Source: Candidatus Latescibacterota bacterium
GTDB lineage: Bacteria; Latescibacterota; UBA2968
Length of the DNA: 64,000 nt
Reading direction: 5' to 3'
Assembly (NCBI GenBank): GCA_965204375.1
Contig: OZ241986.1
Coordinates: forward strand, 96,001 to 160,000
The position numbers and the translations under genes are program-made. The notes beneath the pieces were generated by a model. That model was given only the letters and a program-made list of their open reading frames with translations. It did not search any database and had not been told where the DNA came from. This document shows, piece after piece, positions 48,669 to 60,500 of the stretch; positions within the stretch are counted from its first letter, which is position 1; each line of letters begins with the position of its first letter.

Positions 48669-50015
48669 TTACAGTTTAAAGACGTGATCTTTGTTTCCAG
48701 ATACGGCCTGTGTGGCATTGCGCGTATCGACAATACAACGCGCGTGCTTGACTATCCATTCATAATCCCAATTGCTGTGATGTGTCACAATCACCACACA
48801 ATGGGCTTCAGTTGTATTTTTTTTATTTAAAGAGGTACTTTTCAAATCCAAATTTTCTGTCTGCAAGTGATCTACAAACGGATCGCAATACGAAACTTTC
48901 GCACCTTTCTCCTGAAGCATTTCTATAATATCCAATGCTGGCGACTCGCGAATATCGCGTACATCGGGTTTGTACGTCACGCCCAATATCAGGATGTTCG
49001 AGCCTTTCAAACACCGCTCGTATTCGTTGAGGGCGTCGGTGATTTTTTCGACTACATAGCCCGGCATGCTGCGCGTCACTTCGCTGGCCAATTCTATAAA
49101 GCGCGCATTGTAATTCAAGGTCTTCAATTTCCAGGCCAGAAAGTGAGGATCAACCGGGATGCAATGCCCGCCCAACCCAGGACCGGGATAAAATGGCATG
49201 AACCCAAACGGCTTGGTCGCTGCGGCATCGATTACTTCCCAAACATCCACCCCCAGGCGGTCACACATCAGGGCCACTTCATTGACAAGGCCGATATTTA
49301 CACTGCGAAATGTATTTTCCAGCAACTTGGTCATTTCTGCTGCTTGGGTTGATGAGACCGGTACGACTTCGCCGATCGATTGTCGGTAAAAATGCGTGCC
49401 TATTTCTGTGCAAGACGGGGTAATACCACCCACGACTTTGGGCGTGTTGGTGATGGTATAAACCCTGTTGCCCGGATCGACGCGCTCTGGGGAAAATGCC
49501 AGAAAAAAATCTCGACCGACTTTCAAGCCACTTTCTTCGAGCAGTGGCAATACCAGTTCATGGGTCGTCCCTGGATACGTCGTGCTCTCCAAAATCACCA
49601 GTTGTCCACGGCGCAGTCGGTCTTTGATTGCACCACATGCTTGTAGTATAAACGAGACATCCGGATCGCGTGTTTTATTTAATGGTGTGGGCACACATAC
49701 CACAACCACATCGGCCTCATTGAGCACATCGCATTCTCGCGTGGCTGTCAATTTCCCCACAGCTTTGAGACCCGCTACCTCAAATTCCGATACACCCTGC
49801 ACATCGGACTTTCCCGATTCTACCAGATCTACTTTGCGCGACGATGTATCGATTCCCGTGACAGAAAACCCCACCTTGCCCAATTCCACGGATAGGGTCA
49901 ATCCCACATACCCCAATCCCATCACCGCTATCCGCGCTTCGTGCGATGCGATTTTTTCCTCCAGCATCTGTCTGGGGTTGGCGATTTCCCGAGGTAATCT
50001 TTCCGGTATAGCCAT
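48669..50015 (-). CDS. UDP-N-acetyl-hexosamine 6-dehydrogenase (WbpA/WecC-like)
   Basis: [31 protein letters not shown]; TAATG overlap with argF. Confidence 0.92.
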   Translation of the reverse strand: MAIPERLPREIANPRQMLEEKIASHEARIAVMGLGYVGLTLSVELGKVGFSVTGIDTSSRKVDLVESGKSDVQGVSEFEVAGLKAVGKLTATRECDVLNEADVVVVCVPTPLNKTRDPDVSFILQACGAIKDRLRRGQLVILESTTYPGTTHELVLPLLEESGLKVGRDFFLAFSPERVDPGNRVYTITNTPKVVGGITPSCTEIGTHFYRQSIGEVVPVSSTQAAEMTKLLENTFRSVNIGLVNEVALMCDRLGVDVWEVIDAAATKPFGFMPFYPGPGLGGHCIPVDPHFLAWKLKTLNYNARFIELASEVTRSMPGYVVEKITDALNEYERCLKGSNILILGVTYKPDVRDIRESPALDIIEMLQEKGAKVSYCDPFVDHLQTENLDLKSTSLNKKNTTEAHCVVIVTHHSNWDYEWIVKHARCIVDTRNATQAVSGNKDHVFKL

Positions 50016-50944
50016 TATGTTATCCGCTCTGGTCCGATCATTTGAATCAATACGGCCTTTTGAATGTGCATGCGATTCTCTGCTTGATCCACAGCAATAC
50101 ATCGCTCGCTTGCCATGACCTCATCCGTTACTTCATATTCCTTGTGTGCAGGTAAGCAGTGCATTACATAAGCATCTGTCTTTTTGAGCAATTCGCTATT
50201 GATCTGATATGGCATGAATACTTTGGTGCGTCGCTTCTTTTCCTCTGAAAATTCTGGATTGTTAAAAAATTCCATATCAATCCACGTATCGGTATAAACA
50301 AAATCTGCATCGGCAACAGCAGCTTCCAGATCCAGCGTTTCTTCAAACAACCCGGTTGCACGCGCTGCTTTAACCAGTTCGGGGTCTGCCGATGGCTTGT
50401 TGATCTCTGGCGTCACAGCCGTTATGCGTACGCCTGCTTTTGTGCACGCTGTCACCAGCGAATTGCACACATTGTTCCAGATGCCCACATAAACGACATG
50501 CGTTCCCGCCAACTTGCCTCGCACTTCCAGGATCGATAGCAGATCGCCCAGGGCTTGACAGGGGTGATAGCGGTCACAACATCCGTTGATCACAGGGACT
50601 TCGGAGCCGAGAGTCAGCCGCAGCAGATCTTCGTGTTTGAGCATGCGCGCCATAATCACATCGGCATATCGCGACAGGACCTGTGCCTCATCGCGCACAT
50701 CAGCCAATCCAAAATTGGTGGTCATCCAGTCCAAAAATACGGCCTGACCTCCCAATTGATGCATGCCCACTTCAAAAGATACGCGGGTGCGCGTCGATGT
50801 TTTCTGAAATAACATCGCCAAAGTTTGTCCCTTTAGCAAACCTTCATAGCGCTCGGGATTCTTTTTGATCACCAGCCCCATTTCTACCGCATGCAAAATA
50901 TCATCTGGCGACCACGTCTTCAGTGTCAAAAGATCCATATCCAT
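50015..50944 (-). CDS. argF: Ornithine carbamoyltransferase
   Basis: STRTR, HPCQ, YTDTW..M, HCLP, QAENR. Confidence 0.93.
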   Translation of the reverse strand: MDMDLLTLKTWSPDDILHAVEMGLVIKKNPERYEGLLKGQTLAMLFQKTSTRTRVSFEVGMHQLGGQAVFLDWMTTNFGLADVRDEAQVLSRYADVIMARMLKHEDLLRLTLGSEVPVINGCCDRYHPCQALGDLLSILEVRGKLAGTHVVYVGIWNNVCNSLVTACTKAGVRITAVTPEINKPSADPELVKAARATGLFEETLDLEAAVADADFVYTDTWIDMEFFNNPEFSEEKKRRTKVFMPYQINSELLKKTDAYVMHCLPAHKEYEVTDEVMASERCIAVDQAENRMHIQKAVLIQMIGPERIT

Positions 50945-51027
50945 TTCCTTTCTATTGAACCGCTGCTACAGCCTGCCCCTGCTGGAATCAAAGCAGGGGT
51001 TGCCAGGCCAGGGGGAGTTTCATCGAT

Positions 51028-51987
51028 TCACAATTGTTCGCGCACAACAGATAGCAAACGCGCTTGCACTTCGTCAACAGTGCCTTTAATCTCGCACCCC
51101 GATGCGCGGATGTGACCGCCACCATCAAATTGACGGGCAATGCGATTGACATCCACTTTTCCCCGCGACCGTAAACTCACGCGCTGTTGTCCAGGCTCCT
51201 GTTCTTTGAAAAATAGTGCGACTTCAACCCCGTCAATCGACATCGCGTGATCGACCACGCCATCCAGATCGCCATTCATCGCATGGATTTTGTGATCGAC
51301 GTACAATGTACTGATCTGTCCATTTTCGTGTAGCGTTAGATTCGACAGCGCGAATCCCAGGGTTTTCACCGTTTGGTACGTTTGATGCGAAAACATGTTC
51401 TCCGCAATCTGTTGCGGGTCAGCGCCGTGCGTAACGAGTTCTGCGGCAGCGCGGAGTGCGCGTTCTGGATGCGAATGTTTAAATAGCTTTGTGTCAAAAA
51501 CAAGTCCGGCATATAAACACGTTGCTATCTCGGGTGTAAACCCCGAATTACTACGACGGGCGTGCCGGTTTATGAGCAAATAGATCAATTCACTGACAGA
51601 ACTGGCATCTGGATCAATCACCCGTACATCGCCCTTCTCATCTGCATCTACATGGTGATCGATCACCAGCGTTTTTGTCGCAGGCCCAATCAGATTCGCG
51701 ACATCGCCAATGCGTTTTTTCGATGTCGTCGTATCCACCACCACGAGGCGCGGTACTACTGGAATCGAGCGGTACACCGATTCTATGCGATCATAGCCCG
51801 GCAAAAACCGATATTTGCGATCCGGCGTCTCGTCCGCCACCACAATGCGGTGCTTTTGATTCTGGCGCGTCAACCAGTGGCTCAACCCCAATAACGCACC
51901 GAGGCCATCGCCATCGGCATTCACATGCGTTGTCAGCACGAGTTCCTCGCCTGCCAACAAAAAATTCAGAGCCGCTTGAAAGTCCAT
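51028..51987 (-). CDS. nrnA: DHH/DHHA1 oligoribonuclease/PAP phosphatase
   Basis: H.NADGD, IDHH, SLRS, GGGH..ASG. Confidence 0.9.
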   Translation of the reverse strand: MDFQAALNFLLAGEELVLTTHVNADGDGLGALLGLSHWLTRQNQKHRIVVADETPDRKYRFLPGYDRIESVYRSIPVVPRLVVVDTTTSKKRIGDVANLIGPATKTLVIDHHVDADEKGDVRVIDPDASSVSELIYLLINRHARRSNSGFTPEIATCLYAGLVFDTKLFKHSHPERALRAAAELVTHGADPQQIAENMFSHQTYQTVKTLGFALSNLTLHENGQISTLYVDHKIHAMNGDLDGVVDHAMSIDGVEVALFFKEQEPGQQRVSLRSRGKVDVNRIARQFDGGGHIRASGCEIKGTVDEVQARLLSVVREQL

Positions 51988-52032
51988 TGTTATATCCAAA
52001 TGTACATATCAATGCAAGAGGATAGCTATTCG

Positions 52033-52617
52033 TTAACGCTTTAACATTTGCTCGTGCTGGCGTTTGCGTTGCAGCAAAATTTGCTGTCGCCGCTTCTGAG
52101 AACTGAGTATGGTGTAAATAATACTCACCCGTTTGCGCGCCGCCTGCAATGCCTGGACATCCCGCTGGTCCTGATTTTTTATCCGGGAGAAATACAGCAT
52201 GCGTTGTGCCGCATCTCGTAGCGACTTTGCCGAAAACAACACTGAGAGTGTTCCCTGTCGTCCTATTTTGTATATTTCACGCGCACGCTGCGCTATATTC
52301 TGCTCGCGATTTTTGAGTTGTGACTCAGCCAGTCTAAGCTGTTGCTCAGTACGGTTGATTTCGTCCCCCAGACTATTGATTTCCTCAGTCAAATTTAGAG
52401 ATGTGTCCTGAGTCTTTTCATCTGGTTGAGCCGATACGTCAGACGAGGCTTGAGGCGTTTGCAAATCACGCGCTTTTAAGCTGTCCATAGCCGCTTGTTC
52501 AGCTTTGAGACGTGCTTCCAGCGCTCTTATTGTTTGTGCGCTTCCATTAGGCGATAATATGAGTAGAAAAGCTATTATACACAATATATACGCTGGTTTT
52601 TGCACGCTATACCTCAC
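52033..52617 (-). CDS. EnvC/PcsB-like coiled-coil protein lacking a C-terminal domain
   Basis: GTGA overlap with ftsX; signal peptide, coiled coil, R.IYK.G...LFSAKS..D hairpin motif; ends with no LytM domain. Confidence 0.7.
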   Translation of the reverse strand: MRYSVQKPAYILCIIAFLLILSPNGSAQTIRALEARLKAEQAAMDSLKARDLQTPQASSDVSAQPDEKTQDTSLNLTEEINSLGDEINRTEQQLRLAESQLKNREQNIAQRAREIYKIGRQGTLSVLFSAKSLRDAAQRMLYFSRIKNQDQRDVQALQAARKRVSIIYTILSSQKRRQQILLQRKRQHEQMLKR

Positions 52618-53477
52618 GTAATTTCTCTCAACACGCGGTTCAGGGATGCCCAACTGCCTATCGCGCCCAGTACGATGCCCAATACTACCAGGCAGAATGA
52701 CAGTTCAATCGTTGGTGTGACTGTCAACTCCGGTACGCGAACAGCCCACCACGGTGCTATATAAGCCAACATCATGGGTGCCAAAAATCCACCGATAGAG
52801 CCTTGTATTGCACCCCCAGCTCCAAATATCATCCATACAGTTATATCCGTTGCGCCGACCAACCGCATAATCCCAATGGCATCGCGCTGCGCGAGTACCA
52901 TCAACTTGGTCGCATGGCTTATTGCAAATGCACACGCAAAACACAGCATACACCCAAGCGCGAGTCCAATGCCGGTGATTACTGTAATAAAATGCGCTAA
53001 AGAATCCGCCCAAGCTTCTCCCACATTTACACCTTCTACAGCACTATGACCGGTTACAGACCTTGCAACAGTTCGAGCTCGGCGCGGCATATTTTCTCCG
53101 GGCGAGATATGTACTCTGAGCGAAGCGGGCAATGGATTGCTCGAAAGTGCATCGACCGTACCCAGGCCAAATAGTGACCGAAATTCTCTGGCAGCCACAT
53201 CCTGATCCACATACACAATTCCGGCTACCTCGGACCTTGCTTCTAACGTGCGCCGCAATGCGATTATGCGCTGAGGTGAAATGCCATCTTTTAAGTAAAT
53301 GTCTATCTCTACCCGTGCGCGCAATCGGTCAACCAGCGCGTTCCCACTCTCGATGACCTGCCAAAAGAATCCCAATACCAGCAGCGATGCCCCAATGGTC
53401 GCCACAGAAATTACACCTGCGATTCTCGTACTCACAACTCCTTGCCAGGCCTCGCGCAATACCAGCGACAATTTCAT
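52614..53477 (-). CDS. ftsX: Cell division permease FtsX
   Basis: Four TM layout, NPLPAS, IMRLVGAT; downstream of ftsE. Confidence 0.85.
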   Translation of the reverse strand: MKLSLVLREAWQGVVSTRIAGVISVATIGASLLVLGFFWQVIESGNALVDRLRARVEIDIYLKDGISPQRIIALRRTLEARSEVAGIVYVDQDVAAREFRSLFGLGTVDALSSNPLPASLRVHISPGENMPRRARTVARSVTGHSAVEGVNVGEAWADSLAHFITVITGIGLALGCMLCFACAFAISHATKLMVLAQRDAIGIMRLVGATDITVWMIFGAGGAIQGSIGGFLAPMMLAYIAPWWAVRVPELTVTPTIELSFCLVVLGIVLGAIGSWASLNRVLREIT

Positions 53478-53510
53478 TTTACTTTTCCATTTTCTCAATT
53501 TGTGACTTGC

Positions 53511-54161
53511 TCAATGATGCCATTTTCCAACTGCAATAATTCGCCAGGGATATCGATTTTCCTGCACTGCATCACGTGTCGCTATGATTACAGCTATTCC
53601 GCGTGCATTTATCTTTTTTAAAATAGCCATCACATGCTCTGTTGCCTCGGAATCCAAATTGGCTGTTGGTTCATCTGCCAACAAGATAAGGGGATCATTC
53701 ACCAGTGCCCGCGCAATTGCCACTCGTAGCCGTTCATAACCCGACAACTCATCTGGATACACATTGCGTTTGTGCAACAAATCCACATCCGACAATATTG
53801 CCTGTGTTTTTCGCTTGATCCAGCGTCGCGAAACACCTGTTACTTCAAGCGCGAAGGCCACATTTTCATAAACTGTGCGATGGGGTAATAGTTTAAAGTC
53901 TTGAAATACCACGCCCACTTGTCGTCGCAATCGAGGGATATCCGTTTTTCGAATTTGCCGCGAGTCGTACTCTCCCACAGATACCACGCCCGAATCGGGT
54001 AATTCCAAAAATATAATTAGCCCGAGTATTGCGCGCTTTTCCGCTTCGGTCTGTCCAACCAGATAGACAAATTCGCCCTGATTGATCTCTAAATTGGCGT
54101 CGATCAATATCGGTTGTCCCTGCTGCTCGACACCCACGTTTTGTAATTTAATCACAGGCAT
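53511..54161 (-). CDS. ftsE: FtsE-like ABC ATPase with degenerate catalytic motifs
   Basis: LRRQVGVVFQDFKLL, ENVAFAL, AIARALVN.P, ADEPT.NLD; Walker A, signature and H-loop altered. Confidence 0.85.
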   Translation of the reverse strand: MPVIKLQNVGVEQQGQPILIDANLEINQGEFVYLVGQTEAEKRAILGLIIFLELPDSGVVSVGEYDSRQIRKTDIPRLRRQVGVVFQDFKLLPHRTVYENVAFALEVTGVSRRWIKRKTQAILSDVDLLHKRNVYPDELSGYERLRVAIARALVNDPLILLADEPTANLDSEATEHVMAILKKINARGIAVIIATRDAVQENRYPWRIIAVGKWHH

Positions 54162-54193
54162 GATGTACGACTGCTTCAGTAGTTCCAATTGAA

Positions 54194-54943
54194 CTATTTT
54201 TTTAGAACAAAATGCACCCGGTCCGAAAATTCTGTCGGTGTTGCATACCCAAATCCACCGTATGCTCCCACTATATCAAAAGGCGATTTATCTACAATTT
54301 CTTCAATCGCCGACAAGGAATAGATGCGCTGTTGATGCACTTCTTTGACCACTTCATCCGTATCTTCAAAGTGAATATCAAATTTGTTGTATTGCACACC
54401 CTTCTCGTAATAGCTGTGTCGCCGATATGAAAATCCATCCCCCGAATCTTCTGACTGCATGTTGCTAAAGTATTGCCTCGAATTGCTCTCTGTACATATA
54501 TCGACTACAAAAACACCGTTGAAATTTACAATGCGATGTACTTCTTCCAGAGCACATGCGATCATTTCAGGGGACATCAAATAGTTGATGCTATCGTACA
54601 AACACAACACTGCGTCACATGGAGGCAAATCGCTCAAATCAAGCAGATTGCGATGGTAAAATGGAATGGGATAGCGCAACTTGCGCGCCTTTTCTATAGC
54701 CATATCCAGCATTTCCCGGCAACCATCCGCACCCATCACATCGAACTTCTGACGGTATAACTGAATTGCCAAACTACCCGTGCCACAGGCCAGGTCCAAT
54801 ACGCGGTTGGGTTTGACTTTGTGTCGTGCGAGCAATGACGACACATAATGCGCCCAATGTACGTAATCCACATGTCGCATCACATGGTCGTAAATGGTCG
54901 CTAAGCGACTATAAGGTGTTGCCTCAGTTTCAAAATTCGGCAT
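54194..54943 (-). CDS. Class I SAM-dependent methyltransferase
   Basis: VLDLACGTG, CLYDSINYL. Confidence 0.9.
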   Translation of the reverse strand: MPNFETEATPYSRLATIYDHVMRHVDYVHWAHYVSSLLARHKVKPNRVLDLACGTGSLAIQLYRQKFDVMGADGCREMLDMAIEKARKLRYPIPFYHRNLLDLSDLPPCDAVLCLYDSINYLMSPEMIACALEEVHRIVNFNGVFVVDICTESNSRQYFSNMQSEDSGDGFSYRRHSYYEKGVQYNKFDIHFEDTDEVVKEVHQQRIYSLSAIEEIVDKSPFDIVGAYGGFGYATPTEFSDRVHFVLKK

Positions 54944-55015
54944 AAAATGAAAAACGGCCAGCCCGTGCCGGCCTTGACCTTTCTACTTTGCGGAGTGGTG
55001 AGGGGAGAGCGCGTC

Positions 55016-55288
55016 TCAAAAAAATTCTGGTGCCCGTGCCTCATCTCGAATAACGCGATAATAGTCAGGTGCTCGTTTCCGCGACACATTGCCCCGTGGA
55101 ATCGCCAATACTTCAAACTCTAACAGGCGGTCGGAAAACGCAATGCTCACTCTCTGGCCGATACGCAAAACGCGACTCGCCTTGGCTTCCTGCCCATCTA
55201 CTGTCACAATCCCATTGCCACACGCCCGCTTGGCCTCTGATCGACGCCGCACCAGACAACACGTATTTAGATATATATCTAATCTCAT
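55016..55288 (-). CDS. S4-domain RNA-binding protein (RqcP/YabO/Hsp15-like)
   Basis: MRLD.YL....RRRSEAK..C..G...VDG..AK, 90 aa. Confidence 0.85.
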   Translation of the reverse strand: MRLDIYLNTCCLVRRRSEAKRACGNGIVTVDGQEAKASRVLRIGQRVSIAFSDRLLEFEVLAIPRGNVSRKRAPDYYRVIRDEARAPEFF

Positions 55289-55319
55289 GTCACGTTTGCC
55301 CCAACGAGTCTCTGCTCTT

Positions 55320-56564
55320 TTACTCTTCCAGCCGCACATCCACATATAATTTCGCTCGCGTTTCCGCCAGTTTCTCGCGGAATAATGCTTGCAAGCGTTC
55401 CTCTTTGGCAATTTGCTCTAATGCGGTGGCCTCATCATTGATGCGGAATAGGTTCCAGCCGCCTTCCACTTTTACGGGCAAACTCACATCGCCCGGCTTA
55501 AGTGCTCGCACCACCTCTGCATATTCGGGCGGAAGGTCAGTTCTGGGAAAACTTCCCAGAAATCCGCCGCGCGATGCTGTTTCTTCAAAGTCGGAATGTT
55601 CGCGCGCAAGTTCGGCAAAATCCACCCCGTCTTTAATTTGTTGATACAACGCCATTGCCTTTTGCTGCGAGGCTTTTTCGTCTTTTTGCAACAAAAACAA
55701 AATGTGCCGCGCCCGCACCTGGTCGCCCGATATTTCCTCAACGCGAATAATGTGAAAGCCAAATTGCGATTGCACGAGGTCGCTCACTTCGCCGACTTTG
55801 AGACTGAAGGCAACATCTTCAAATGCAGGTACCATGGTACCGCGCCCAAAAAAGCCCAGATCTCCACCCCGAGATGCACTGCCAGGGTCCTGTGAGTATT
55901 CTTTTGCCAGCGCTGCAAAATCTTCACCTGCTCGAATGCGTTCTAAGACCGCTTCTGCCTGGGGGCGAATTTTGTCCTGTTGTTCTGTCGATGCAACAGG
56001 TTCAACAAATATATGGCTCAAAGACACGACATTCGACTCGCCGCGCCGGTATTTTTCTTGAAATTCCTTTATATCTCGGGGCGATACGCTGACCTGCTGC
56101 GCCAGCATTTCATACATACTGCGTTCCAAATACTGATTGCGAAATTGTTCCCTGAATTTGTCTCGCATCTGTCGCTCGGTCAACCCCGCTTTTTTTAATT
56201 CTTCGGCAAAAGCCGCTGTGCCAAATTGTTCCTTAAACTGGCGAACCTGCGCTCGCACCATTTCTTCCACGCGCTCGTCATCTATCTCTATGCTGTCTTC
56301 TCGCGCTCTGACCAGTAATAAGTTGCGCTGAATTTCATTTTCCAGCACCTTATTGAACATATTCTCAAGCTCTGCCTGCGGTACAGTTCGCACATCAATT
56401 CCCCGACCGATCAATTCCATCCGCAGCTTGTTCTCCACATCGGATCGCAACACAATTTTGTCATCTACTACTGCTATAATTTTATCCAATAAGATAGGTT
56501 CTGCACGCGCTGTGCCCGCGAGCAGGAATACCCCAATCAGCAAGTTGATAAGCGGCGTTTTCAT
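55320..56564 (-). CDS. surA: SurA-like peptidyl-prolyl isomerase/chaperone
   Basis: DKIIAVVD, two parvulin domains (F..LA.E.S.D..S..RGGDLG). Confidence 0.82.
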   Translation of the reverse strand: MKTPLINLLIGVFLLAGTARAEPILLDKIIAVVDDKIVLRSDVENKLRMELIGRGIDVRTVPQAELENMFNKVLENEIQRNLLLVRAREDSIEIDDERVEEMVRAQVRQFKEQFGTAAFAEELKKAGLTERQMRDKFREQFRNQYLERSMYEMLAQQVSVSPRDIKEFQEKYRRGESNVVSLSHIFVEPVASTEQQDKIRPQAEAVLERIRAGEDFAALAKEYSQDPGSASRGGDLGFFGRGTMVPAFEDVAFSLKVGEVSDLVQSQFGFHIIRVEEISGDQVRARHILFLLQKDEKASQQKAMALYQQIKDGVDFAELAREHSDFEETASRGGFLGSFPRTDLPPEYAEVVRALKPGDVSLPVKVEGGWNLFRINDEATALEQIAKEERLQALFREKLAETRAKLYVDVRLEE

Positions 56565-56598
56565 GTCGATAAATTCCTTGAAATCGGTGAGACATTCC

Positions 56599-57456
56599 TC
56601 ACCTTGCACTATTCAATTGCTTCCAATCCACTGACCATTCAATCCGTTCTTTGAGCTCGGCAAGCAATTTGGCGCGTTGCGCGCGTCGGCGCTCGGTCAG
56701 GATGCGTTGCTGAATCTCGCTGCGCACATCGACCAGATCGCGTATTGAACCCGCGTCGTTTCGATCCATTACTTCGATGATATGGTAGCCCAACTCGGTA
56801 CGCGTGCGTATCCGGTGTCCCAATTTGGCATCCCAACATGCCGCCCAAAAAGAAGAGTTGACCATATCTTCGGTAAAATACCCCAGATCGCCACCATTTA
56901 TAGCCGACTGATCGATTGAGACTTCGCGTGCTACCTGTTCAAAAAATTCGCCCTTTTGCAGCCGGTCCCACGCCCGAGTCTGTGCATTCCGATCTGCCAC
57001 AATGAGGTGCCGTACCCTGAGTTCGAGTTGTTCGCGCTCAAAATCTGCACGATGTTCTTCGTAATAGGCGAGAATTTCATCCTCTGAGACTTCGGCATCG
57101 CGTGCGTGCGTGCGTGCCATCAATTCGCTCGCCAACAGTTGCCGAACAGCGCGGTCAATGCGGTCTGATATTTCGGGGTCCTGGTCGAGTTTTTGTCTTA
57201 TGGCTTCTCGATAGAAGAGTTCTTCCTCGATCCATTTTTCGACCAATATTTGTTTTTCTTTTGCTGAGATTGTGCCTGCAAACGGAGGGGGAATACGTCT
57301 CTCCAATGCTTCTTTGGTCAGATGGCGATTCCCCACTTGCGCCACGATGGAAACTTTTTGTGGCCTCTCGCATCCCCACATGCCAATCAGGCAGATTATC
57401 AGGCCAATTTTCAAATACCGCGCTCGCTTCAAAACGCGATCCCCCATTGCGATCAT
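56599..57456 (-). CDS. PrsA/PpiC-type peptidyl-prolyl isomerase (lipoprotein)
   Basis: WGC lipobox-like; RHL, F..VARE.S.D....GGDLGY, GYHII. Confidence 0.85.
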   Translation of the reverse strand: MIAMGDRVLKRARYLKIGLIICLIGMWGCERPQKVSIVAQVGNRHLTKEALERRIPPPFAGTISAKEKQILVEKWIEEELFYREAIRQKLDQDPEISDRIDRAVRQLLASELMARTHARDAEVSEDEILAYYEEHRADFEREQLELRVRHLIVADRNAQTRAWDRLQKGEFFEQVAREVSIDQSAINGGDLGYFTEDMVNSSFWAACWDAKLGHRIRTRTELGYHIIEVMDRNDAGSIRDLVDVRSEIQQRILTERRRAQRAKLLAELKERIEWSVDWKQLNSAR

Positions 57457-57520
57457 ATCCCCGCATGTGGCTCTAAACTATTGGCAATAAAAAAGGTTCC
57501 AAGTAATCGAATATACGCCT

Positions 57521-60500
57521 TCAAATTAGGCTCTGCAACACATTTTTAGCCGATTCTAACCGCGATTGCGGTCCCTTTCCAATTAGTGCGACTTCGATTT
57601 TTGGCGGCTCTCCCAGAGCAAATTCCAGGGGGATTGGTGACTGTGTCACCATCCGTTCGATATCTGTTCGCATCAAGGGTTTGTCTGGCGACAGGGTCAT
57701 TGTCATGGTCTGTCCAATTTGCAACTGCGATAACCTGAGTTGGCGGGCCAAAATTTTGACCTGTAAGATGTCTAATAATGCGGATGTGGGGTCGGGCAAA
57801 GGCCCAAAGCGGTCCGCGAGTTCTTCTTCAATCGCCAGGACTTCCACTGTTCGCCTTATCTGGCCCAATCTCTGATAAAACTGCATTTTTTGATCTGCAT
57901 CTGGAATATAGTCGTCTGGAATATACGACGAGACGGACACCTGTACATCTGGCTCAATCGCAGGTTCAGTCTCATCGCCTTTAATTTGCCGCACGGCTTC
58001 GTCCAAAAGGCGCGTGTACAAATCAAATCCCACGGCTGCTATATGTCCGTGTTGTTGCGCGCCGAGCAAGTTGCCCGTGCCCCTGATTTCCATGTCTCGC
58101 ATTGAAATGTGAAAACCCGATCCCAAATCCGAAAATTCTTCGATGGCGCGCAATCGCCTCACCGCCGGTTTTTTGAGTGCTTGCCACGACGGCACGCATA
58201 AATACGCATATGCCCGCTTATTCGACCGCCCTACTCGACCGCGCAATTGATACAACTGCGCCAATCCCAGGCGATCTGCTCGATTTACGATTAGCGTGTT
58301 CGCATTGGGAATGTCCAGCCCGGATTCCACGATCATGGTCGAGACCAGAACATCGTATTTGTGCTCAAAAAAGTCCATCATCACTTTTTCGAGTTGTCGC
58401 TCGGGCATTTGTCCATGTCCCATACCAAAACGCACCTGCGGTAGCAAGCGCGTGAGAAAGCCCATCATCGCGTGCATGGATTGAACCCGATTGTGGACAA
58501 AATAAACCTGTCCACCGCGATCTACTTCCCGTAAGACCGCTTCGGCAATGCGGTCTTCTTCAAAAGCCAGCACTTCGGTCTGAATTGGCAAGCGGTCTTT
58601 GGGCGGGGTTTGTATGACAGACATATCGCGTGCGCCCATCAGCGACATGTGCAGGGTGCGCGGAATGGGTGTGGCGGTAAGTGTCAACACATCTACCAGG
58701 CGTCGCATTTCTTTTAACCGCTCTTTGTGCCGCACTCCAAAGCGGTGTTCTTCGTCTATGACCAGAAGGCCGAGGGATTTGAAGTTGACATCTTTTGACA
58801 ACAACCGATGCGTGCCCACCACGATATCTACGGTGCCTTTCTTCATTGCTTCGAGGGTTCGCGTTTGTTCGGCCCGCGTTCGGAAGCGGCTCAAGACCGC
58901 TACATGGACGGGAAATTCGGAAAACCGTTCGCAAAATGTGCGATAATGTTGTTGCGCCAAAATGGTCGTGGGAGCGAGTACTGCTACTTGTTTGCCATCT
59001 AAAATTGCCTTAAACGCCCCGCGAATCGCCACTTCTGTTTTGCCATATCCCACATCGCCACAAATCAAGCGGTCCATGGCAGACTGCGCTTCCATATCTT
59101 TTCGCACGGCGTCAATCGCTTCTTGTTGATCCCGGGTTTCGCGATAGGGAAATGAGGCTTCAAGTGCGTTCATTTCTGATCCGTCAGGCGAAAATGCCAT
59201 GCCCGGTTGCGCCTTGCGTTCGGCGTATAATGACACGAGTTCTGCCGCCATTTTGAATATGGCTTTGCGCGTCTTTTCCTTTAGTCGCTCCCAGGCTACT
59301 GTGCCCAATTTGCTCAATACGGGTACTACGCCATCTTGGCTTGAATATTTTTGCACCTGATCCATTTGATCCACTGGCACAAAAACCCGATCCCCATCCC
59401 GATATCCAATGGTCAGACAATCGCTGGACATGCGGCCTATTTCAATTCGCTTCACGCCGTCAAACCGACCGATTCCGTGATCTACGTGCACGACAAAGTC
59501 GCCGCGCTGAAGTGCGGACACAGTCTTGATGGGCTGTGCGTCTTGAAAACGTCGATACCGCCGTCTGCGATGTACGCGGCTGTAAATTTCGTGGTCATTG
59601 ATCAAAAAGACTTTGCCGGGGCGGTATGTAAATCCGGATTGTAGTGTACCCACATATAGGGAGACGATATCGGCACTTTCTTCCAGGATTTCTTCCAACC
59701 GCGCTTTTTGCCCTTCACTTTCACACAGAATGACCACTTCATAAGCGTCCAACCAGTGCTTTCGCAAATCCTCTTTTAACAGTTGCACATGGCCTTCGTA
59801 GTGTCGCCCACTCTGTCCACCCAAATCCACCATTTTCTCAGATGTCCCCCCCAGTGCGCGATTCAAGACCCGGGGCATGCGTTCCAATTGCCGAAGCACG
59901 GTCTCAGGTTGGCGGAGTACACATTGCGCTGGCAAGGGTTCTGTTTCTGCCCGCCGTTTCTTTTGTCGCTGTGCGATTTGCTCACACGCGTGCCAGGCGT
60001 TATCTGCGGCAGTAGCGATACCATCCGGGTCATCGAGGACGAGCCAGCATCCTTCGGGCACGTAATCCAACAACCCCGTTCGCTCGCCATATAACACACT
60101 CAAATAGTGTTCCTGTCCTTCAAAAATGCCTTCGCGTTCCAGTAAGTTTCGCACCTCGGGCAATTCAATGCCCAGATCCCGTTCTGCTATTTCCAGGTTT
60201 TCCAGATAAATATCCGCCAGTGTAAGCGGAAGTACGCTTTCCCGACAGGGCAAAATGCGCGTTTCCTCCAGTTGCGCGATAGACCGCTGAGTGCTCAAAT
60301 CAAATGCTCGGATGGATGAAATTTCATCGCCCCAAAACTCCAGTCTGACTGGATGCGCGTTGCCAAACGAACAAACATCCAGGATGCCGCCGCGCATTCC
60401 AAATTGCCCCACACCTTCCACAGTTGTTACCCGTTCATATCCGATTTCCACCAGATGATCGGCCAGTTGTAGGGGCGAGATCTCCTGTTCCAGACGAAGC

